DNA of 64,000 nucleotides from a virus (Duplodnaviria; Heunggongvirae; Uroviricota; Caudoviricetes): IMG/VR virus record IMGVR_UViG_3300035210_000151; one strand, 5' to 3'. Shown piece by piece: positions 57,629 to 64,000 of this stretch (position 1 is its first letter; each line of letters starts with the position of its first letter). The notes under the pieces were generated by a model. It saw only the letters and a program-made list of their open reading frames with translations, ran no database searches and was not told where the DNA came from. The position numbers and the translations under genes were made by a program.

Positions 57629-58240
57629 TTAAATTGAATACATTTCGGCTATTTTCAATTCATTATCATCAAAGGACATAAATGGTTTATTAAAATCCAT
57701 TTGGAGTTGTTTAATAATATCGAATTTTATTCGTTTGTTTTTGAATAATAAAGAATAGTCACCATCAAAAGAAATTTCTTTACCTCTGATTGATGTTATG
57801 AATTTATTTTTAGAGCCTTTAACTGTAATACAATCATCTTTTAAATTTAAGATTTCTTTTATGTCATCGTATTTTGTTTCTAGTTTCATTTCTTCTATGT
57901 GCATATAATTCTTTAAACGATATACAAAATGAAATATTGTTAATCCAATAAAATAATAAATAGGTATTTGACTGATGTACTTATTCGCTATAACAAGGCC
58001 GACAACTAATAAGGTACAGCATATTTCTACATTGCTGACAAATACAAACTTTTTTAATAGGTATGTTAGACCAGACATACCTAATATCAAAATGAAGTAA
58101 ATTAAAAATGCTAAAAATAATAAATTGTCTGCGGTTTCATTTTGACCCAATAATTGAGTTTGTTTACTGCATTCAATAGTTGTAAACACTATAGATAACG
58201 AGGCCCAATATATGCCATTGCTCATGATATTTTTTATCAT
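57629..58240 (-). CDS. Multi-pass membrane protein with Met(-4) tag (paralog)
   Basis: About 4 TM; ends SFDDNELKIAEMYSI. Confidence 0.75.
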   Translation of the reverse strand: MIKNIMSNGIYWASLSIVFTTIECSKQTQLLGQNETADNLLFLAFLIYFILILGMSGLTYLLKKFVFVSNVEICCTLLVVGLVIANKYISQIPIYYFIGLTIFHFVYRLKNYMHIEEMKLETKYDDIKEILNLKDDCITVKGSKNKFITSIRGKEISFDGDYSLLFKNKRIKFDIIKQLQMDFNKPFMSFDDNELKIAEMYSI

Positions 58241-58354
58241 TTAAAATTTCCTTCAAATAGCTCTACATGATATCAAAGAGACAATTGAAAGTCAATCAGT
58301 TTATTCAGGATAAAAAAAAGAGACATCACAGTCTCTTCTTTATTTTCAGCTTAC

Positions 58355-59323
58355 TTACACTTTTTCACCATTCAGCTTTTTGATGCGGTTTTCAATAGAA
58401 GGGTGTGTTGAAAAAACTGAGTCCCCTTTACTGAATATGTAAGCTGCACTTCTGTAATGTTCGCCCACTTTCGTGACATCTTCTTTCTCACCATCATGTT
58501 CTTCATGATAACCAGAAATTTTCTTCAAGGCTGAAATCATCGCTTGGTTATCACCCGTCAACTGAACTGCAGCCGCATCAGCCATGTACTCTCTTGTTCT
58601 GGATAGATACAAGTACAATACTTGGGTAATAATTGGCAAAATCAAGTTTAACACAATCAAAAGCAATCTGGCTTTGTTTGATGCTTCACTGTTACGACCA
58701 CCTGTGAAGAACATTGCAAGGTGAGCAAATATGTTAGTAAACGTTAAGATAACGTTGGCTAAGATACCGACATACAATGTCAATTTGGAGTCACCATGAA
58801 TGATGTGTCCAACTTCATGAGCAATCACGGCTTGTGCTTCACTTCGGCTTAAAGAATTCATCAAGCCTCGTGTTACACCCACCAAAGCATTATCAGCGTT
58901 CCAACCTGCTGCAAAAGCATTCATGTCATCAGTTTCAAGAATGTAGGCTTTCGGTGTATAAGGAAGTCCCGCACTTAATGACATCTCTTGAATCATGTTG
59001 ACTATTTTCTTTTCTTCTGGTGATAATCCAGATGTATCTACTGGATCTAAATATTTATACTCAGAACCAGATAACATCATTTTATGACCAAACTTCGATA
59101 TCGCAAAGATACCAATACCTGTTGCCGCCAGAATAATCAAAGTCACATAAGGCACTTGCATAAATCTCAAATACCCCATAAGACTGGCTGTTAAGCTATC
59201 GGGATAGATAGGACGTATCGCTACATCAGCTAGTAAGCCCACTAATAGCATGATGAAGACATACGTTCCTATCACCAACTTGGTTCTAGTATTATTTTTG
59301 CGAATTGTTTCTCTAAAATCCAT
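58355..59323 (-). CDS. htpX: HtpX / M48 zinc metalloprotease
   Basis: NAFAAG, AHEVGHIIHGD (HExxH), SRTREYMAD, STHPSIENRI; TM segments. Confidence 0.9.
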   Translation of the reverse strand: MDFRETIRKNNTRTKLVIGTYVFIMLLVGLLADVAIRPIYPDSLTASLMGYLRFMQVPYVTLIILAATGIGIFAISKFGHKMMLSGSEYKYLDPVDTSGLSPEEKKIVNMIQEMSLSAGLPYTPKAYILETDDMNAFAAGWNADNALVGVTRGLMNSLSRSEAQAVIAHEVGHIIHGDSKLTLYVGILANVILTFTNIFAHLAMFFTGGRNSEASNKARLLLIVLNLILPIITQVLYLYLSRTREYMADAAAVQLTGDNQAMISALKKISGYHEEHDGEKEDVTKVGEHYRSAAYIFSKGDSVFSTHPSIENRIKKLNGEKV

Positions 59324-59342
59324 AGTTAGTTCTCCAATTCAA

Positions 59343-59930
59343 TTAGTTATTAAAGTCAACTCTTCTAGCTTCTTCAACTTTCACTTGTTCTTCTGTCAAT
59401 GACCAGTATTCAAACTCTTGGTTAAGACCAGAAAACATTTTTGGTAAGAATAGGTTAGGGAAGCTTTTCTTAGCAACGTAATAAACCTCAACGTTGTTGT
59501 TATAACCTTTCTTCGCAAAGTTCAATTTGTTTTCAGTAGAAACAATTTCTTCTTGAAGTTGAAGCATATTTTGACTTGATTTCAAATCTGGATAAGCTTC
59601 CATTGTCATGGTGATACCGCTTTGTAGGCTACCGCTGCTGACCAGTTTAGACAATTCATTTTCAGCCGCAGTTTTTTCTTCAGCCGATACGGTAGGACTT
59701 GCTGTTTTTTGTCTGAGTTCTGTTAGTTTAGTCAATACATTACTTTCATGTGACATGTATTGTTTTACAGCAGAAATCAAACTGTCAAACACTTTACCAC
59801 GACGATCCAACTGCACACCAATTTCTTTTTGTGAGTTTTTAACAGCTTCGATTAAACGGATAAATTTGTTGTAGCCCATGATGAACCAAATAACAATGAC
59901 TGCTAATAGTATAAGTAGTACAATTTCCAT
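59343..59930 (-). CDS. lemA: LemA family protein
   Basis: N-terminal TM, YNKFI, EAYPDLKSSQNMLQLQEEIVSTENKL...YNNNV. Confidence 0.92.
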   Translation of the reverse strand: MEIVLLILLAVIVIWFIMGYNKFIRLIEAVKNSQKEIGVQLDRRGKVFDSLISAVKQYMSHESNVLTKLTELRQKTASPTVSAEEKTAAENELSKLVSSGSLQSGITMTMEAYPDLKSSQNMLQLQEEIVSTENKLNFAKKGYNNNVEVYYVAKKSFPNLFLPKMFSGLNQEFEYWSLTEEQVKVEEARRVDFNN

Positions 59931-60088
59931 AGTTTTCTCCTAAGTTAGTTTGTTATATTATCTTACATTTTTAGATGTTCTTAATATGAGAAAAATTATA
60001 TATAATATTATTGAAAAGTCAATAGCTTGACACATTACTTAATAATTAATATCAAATAGTATGTTTAGAATATGGGTTTTTAACCAAC

Positions 60089-60829
60089 TTAAATATAAAA
60101 CATTTTAAGGATCTTGCCATGTGTTTCTGAATTGTATGGATTTGTTTCAGAGATGCCTAGAAGTTCAAATTTAGCATAATCAGTCAAAAAATGTAGAAGA
60201 TATTGATGGGTCAATTCATGGTTTATATCTCGAATTGGATCGGAAAAGCAGTCTATTGAATTATCAATATCACCTTCGTTTGGAGCATAATTGATGATAA
60301 CCTTGTCGTCGTTAATTGATAATATCACCTCAACAAAGAAGAAACTTTTATCAATTTGTTTTGCGTAAAAATAAACACACAAAGTTATGCTGTCTTTTGT
60401 TACTTTTACACTGAAGACTGACTCCCTTTCGATTTGTAATTTTATACAGCTAGTTAACAACCTGTTTTGAGAACGAGAAAAGTATTCATTTAACAATTTA
60501 TCAAAAGTATTTTTTATTTTAAGCGAAACTAAATCTGAATCTATTAAAGATTGTAGCCATTCATCATTATCAAACAAGTTTGGATTAAAAGTTAATGTTT
60601 CACCATCAAATTCATATTTGTAGTGAGATGATTTATATATAGTGTTACTTATGTTTTTTTTATTAAATTCAATAACTTTTTCTTTTTTAAGTAGCTCAAT
60701 GCTTATGTCTAAAGATTTCAAGTAATCTTCGATCTCATTAAGTTTTTTGTTTCTAGTTTTGTGTATGAAATTTGATAATTTGTTTTTACAATAGGTTAAC
60801 ATAGCGATCTCCGAATAATTATCATACAA
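60089..60829 (-). CDS. Hypothetical protein with Met(-4) tag
   Basis: Ends HGKILKMFYI; start uncertain (possibly 60802 after GGAG). Confidence 0.65.
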   Translation of the reverse strand: MYDNYSEIAMLTYCKNKLSNFIHKTRNKKLNEIEDYLKSLDISIELLKKEKVIEFNKKNISNTIYKSSHYKYEFDGETLTFNPNLFDNDEWLQSLIDSDLVSLKIKNTFDKLLNEYFSRSQNRLLTSCIKLQIERESVFSVKVTKDSITLCVYFYAKQIDKSFFFVEVILSINDDKVIINYAPNEGDIDNSIDCFSDPIRDINHELTHQYLLHFLTDYAKFELLGISETNPYNSETHGKILKMFYI

Positions 60830-60880
60830 TAATCAAATCAAAAAAAAAGAGACTAGCAAGTCTCTTTCAATTTTGTTCTC

Positions 60881-61666
60881 TTATTTCATCACCCTATCAA
60901 AATCCCTGAATGTTTTATTAACCTCTGTGTTATATGCGGTTCTTTTACCTCTCTTATACTCTTGCATTAGACGCTCGTTTGTAACAGATACACTGAAATA
61001 TTCTGATGGTTTTGACATTTTAGAATTATCACCACCTTCTGGTGTATCAATATTGACAATCATATCATCTTTAATAAACTGGTTATTTTGTTTATACCAT
61101 GTAGACAGGGATTTATACCCATTATTATTCAAATAATTATAGGTTCTAGCTGTTAGATATTCTTTTTGTTGTTCTCTATCAAAGTTTTCTTTATATTTCG
61201 ATTCTTGATATTTCGTTTCAAGAACGATTTTGTATAAGTAACCATTACCAACTGTATAGGACACTTTGTAATTTTCTGTCTGTATAGTTTGTGTACTAAA
61301 TGGGACGTTTGTGTAAATTCTCAAAAAACTAACATCACCGACACTGGATAGAGCTATATTACCGATCCTTAAAAAATTGTTTTCATCAATTTCTGTTAAA
61401 TTAATTCGGCTAGCTTTATAATTGAGATTATTGTTTAGTAAAACCGCATCTGGGTTTTTAGTTTTGTTGATGGCGATTTCAAATGCGTCTACTTTGCCAA
61501 TTTTACTAATCATATCAGTGAAACTTGGTGAAAAGTTTAACCCATTAGTAGCGTCTTGATAACCAATAGCATCTTTATTTACATAATATACTGGTTTTTC
61601 TTCTGCATAAGCAAAACCTAATGTCATCATACCAACGAACAAACCTAATAGTAGTTTCTTTAACAT
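60881..61666 (-). CDS. Exported hypothetical protein, paralog of 61764-62474
   Basis: Start moved to MLKKLLLG after AAGGAG; AIGYQD...F.PS, YKVSYTVG.GY.Y shared. Confidence 0.75.
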   Translation of the reverse strand: MLKKLLLGLFVGMMTLGFAYAEEKPVYYVNKDAIGYQDATNGLNFSPSFTDMISKIGKVDAFEIAINKTKNPDAVLLNNNLNYKASRINLTEIDENNFLRIGNIALSSVGDVSFLRIYTNVPFSTQTIQTENYKVSYTVGNGYLYKIVLETKYQESKYKENFDREQQKEYLTARTYNYLNNNGYKSLSTWYKQNNQFIKDDMIVNIDTPEGGDNSKMSKPSEYFSVSVTNERLMQEYKRGKRTAYNTEVNKTFRDFDRVMK

Positions 61667-61763
61667 TTTTTGCTCCTTTAAAAGTTGGTGGAGTATACTG
61701 TATCTGTTAGAAAATGTCAAAACAATGTTAAAAAAAGAGGCCGAAGCCTCTTTGATTAACGAT

Positions 61764-62474
61764 TTATTTCAAAAATGAATCAACTTCTTTAAAATTTGAT
61801 TTAATGTCTTTACTGATGGTCGTATCAAATCGTGAAGCCATCTCTTTGTTAATTTCTTCATCAAAGATAGTAACCACTACACCGTTATTTCGGCCTTGAT
61901 ATTCAGATGTCACCACAACAGTGATGTCACCTCTTTTATAAATATTATTTTTAACAAACCCCATCATTTTCTTCACTTCTTTAAAACCATTATATTCTAA
62001 ATAACGAAGGACTTTATCATTCAGAAAGGCTTGTTGTTCTTCAATGGAAAATTTTGGGTCATATTTTAATACAACTTCTGCACCATAAAAATAGCCCGCA
62101 CCTACGGTATAGCTGACTTTGTATTTGTTACTGTTAAATTCGACAATTTCACTGTCTTGTGTTGGAATTGTATAAACATTCGCTTTATCGGTGATTGTTA
62201 CTTTGATATTGTCTTTCACTTTATCTTTGATATTAATACTGACGGTTGGCGGTGTGGCTACTTCTACAGTTGGTCGTTTACCAAAGCCCTTTGTAATTTC
62301 TGTCAATGAGGGTGGGAAGCCTTCACCATTTTGTGTGTCTTGATAACCTATAGCCGCATTTGGGTCATAGTTGAGAGGAAACTCTTTAACTTCTTTAATA
62401 CCACCACTGGTTGAACCGATGGCAACTGCTGACAACATCATGACTGCAAGACCTACACCTAGTTTTTTTAACAT
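61764..62474 (-). CDS. Exported hypothetical protein
   Basis: Signal peptide; AIGYQD, YKVSYTVGAGY. Confidence 0.75.
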   Translation of the reverse strand: MLKKLGVGLAVMMLSAVAIGSTSGGIKEVKEFPLNYDPNAAIGYQDTQNGEGFPPSLTEITKGFGKRPTVEVATPPTVSINIKDKVKDNIKVTITDKANVYTIPTQDSEIVEFNSNKYKVSYTVGAGYFYGAEVVLKYDPKFSIEEQQAFLNDKVLRYLEYNGFKEVKKMMGFVKNNIYKRGDITVVVTSEYQGRNNGVVVTIFDEEINKEMASRFDTTISKDIKSNFKEVDSFLK

Positions 62475-62619
62475 GAAGGTAATCCTCTCTTTAGAATTTG
62501 AACTACTATATTACCTAATTATTGTGAAAAGTCAAATTTTTGAACATCTTTACACCCTTATATTTTCTTTGATTCATTAACTTTTTTATGGTATAATCCA
62601 TGAAATCAAAAAAGGGTGA

Positions 62620-63384
62620 ATGACTATGTTTGACTTCATTATTATCTATGTTTACAAAATGGCTAATATTTTACTGTATCCTTTCGTAAAACTGAAATTT
62701 TCCATGCTAGGTGTTGAGTCTGTTAATCAAGAATTTGTTGCATTAATGCGTAAAGTGTGTGTCCAAGGAAGTTTTCACCATTCTTTTGAGAATACTTATG
62801 TTCTTTATGATCTTTTTAATGGTGTTTATTTTAGAGAAAATAAGTACAACGAACATGTATTATCAGCATCAAAATACCATGATAAAAAAGGCACAATGAC
62901 TATTCATCGGCTTGAACTTAAAAACATCAAATCATTTGAACGTTTTTGTAATGATGTTAAAAACAATTATTCCTCTATTAGTGAGCGGTGGACACTTAAT
63001 TATAAAGACAAACAAATTAATAGCATTGTTTGCACATTGAATATTATTCCAGATAATATCAATCATAAAAATCGTAAGATTGATGCTATTAAAATGGGTA
63101 TTGTTTTTGACCATGAATTTAATGTAGTGAGTATTGTTAAACAATATTTCGTTACCATACGCTCTAAACATGGCGATGACACCTTTGAACAACCAGTTTA
63201 TACATCCAGTATGAATGAAGAGTTTTCACTGGATACTGAGCTGTTGTTGATTAAGTTGGCGATAGCATCAGATAACTCGCCATTGATTGATATGTTTCCC
63301 GAGTATTATATACCTACTGTCTATGATTATTCCTCTGTGGAATTTGAACAACGATTAAAACTTTTTGAAATGGTTGATTATTAA
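62620..63384 (+). CDS. Hypothetical protein with Met(-4) tag
   Basis: Ends FEQRLKLFEMVDY; upstream TGGTATAAT. Confidence 0.75.
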   Translation: MTMFDFIIIYVYKMANILLYPFVKLKFSMLGVESVNQEFVALMRKVCVQGSFHHSFENTYVLYDLFNGVYFRENKYNEHVLSASKYHDKKGTMTIHRLELKNIKSFERFCNDVKNNYSSISERWTLNYKDKQINSIVCTLNIIPDNINHKNRKIDAIKMGIVFDHEFNVVSIVKQYFVTIRSKHGDDTFEQPVYTSSMNEEFSLDTELLLIKLAIASDNSPLIDMFPEYYIPTVYDYSSVEFEQRLKLFEMVDY

Positions 63385-64000
63385 ATGAAAAATTTAATTA
63401 TGTATTTGTTTTATTACACTTTTAAAGCCTTTTCAATTATTTTTCAAATTACAGTTATACCATTATTTTTGTATGTTAAGCGAAAATTATTTCGCTTAGA
63501 TAATATTAAAGCTGAAATGTTTTCAGCTATTAACACAATATACAACATGAAACTCAATAAAAATGAGTATCAATACGATGTTGATCTTGTTCCCGGTTTT
63601 ACGATGAGTAGTAAAGGTAAATCAGGAATGAGATTTGCCACAAGTCAAATAACTAATCAAGGGTTATGGTTTAGAATCAATGTTGATAATATTGACAATC
63701 CGATTGGTTTTCCTATTTTCTTGAGTATAGAACAATCATTACAGTCGTTATCACACATTTTTGACATTGAACATCTTCTTTACATGGGATTTCAATATGG
63801 GTCGCTGACAACGGTTAAAGTTGAATTAAGAATGCTTCGTAAAGATAAAGGTGTTTATATCGAACGTGTCGATCAACCGCCTAGTCGAATTGATATTGGT
63901 ATTAACATTAACATGAAAGATAACATGAAAATAGACTATGAAGCTCAACTGATACGGATTGACTGCACAGCTATTTATAGGAATGCTTTGCCGTTAAATG
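63385..64000 (+). CDS. Hypothetical protein running off the window end
   Basis: ATG abuts previous stop; MKNLIMYLFYY... open to position 64000. Confidence 0.65.
   Translation, partial: MKNLIMYLFYYTFKAFSIIFQITVIPLFLYVKRKLFRLDNIKAEMFSAINTIYNMKLNKNEYQYDVDLVPGFTMSSKGKSGMRFATSQITNQGLWFRINVDNIDNPIGFPIFLSIEQSLQSLSHIFDIEHLLYMGFQYGSLTTVKVELRMLRKDKGVYIERVDQPPSRIDIGININMKDNMKIDYEAQLIRIDCTAIYRNALPLN

Noticed and set aside
85-63192. Numerous short antisense or alternate-frame ORFs in the track (e.g. 85-357, 2959-3339, 8336-8686, 20754-21029, 44815-45078, 56091-56369)
   Set aside because: They lie within or opposite better-supported genes and have no RBS; 56091-56369 is antisense to the DUF1328 gene.
1-64000. 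CRISPR arrays, rRNA, transposases or integrases
   Set aside because: No regularly spaced repeats, rRNA-like sequence or recombinase motifs found by eye.

Overview
Strongly AT-rich, gene-dense 64 kb segment, most likely an accessory/early region of a jumbo phage infecting a gammaproteobacterium. This is inferred: no virion or replication genes lie in the window, so a phage-like megaplasmid is not excluded. Most genes are small hypotheticals in tandem paralog families, often with their own sigma70-type promoter and intrinsic terminator. Recognisable genes are MYG1-like, MazG-like, nucleoside deoxyribosyltransferase, PspC-domain, two RNA-repair-type HAD phosphatases, metallophosphoesterase, Orn, PcfJ-like, pirin, two DUF2790, DUF1328, NUDIX and LemA-HtpX. 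The standout locus is at 26.38-27.66 kb. A promoter drives a 16-codon leader (MKPTFAVSYYYSSYSS; nine consecutive Ser/Tyr codons) inside a four-hairpin ribosome-mediated attenuator. About 170 nt downstream is an array containing only tRNA-Ser(UGA) x3, tRNA-Tyr(GUA) x3, one D-arm-less, potentially pseudoknotted Tyr-like RNA and two conserved CCA-ended mini-hairpins. The leader codons match the tRNAs supplied, suggesting a sensor that switches on replacement or decoy tRNAs when host tRNA-Ser/Tyr is depleted (inference). A second signal is that 23 proteins from unrelated families end in the same C-terminal tag (hydrophobic at -7, Met at -4, hydrophobic at -1), including a 9-member ~300 aa paralog family. 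A frameshift-split exported toxin-like gene with a candidate immunity gene follows the tRNA array. Several ORF-track starts were corrected by eye using RBS positions.
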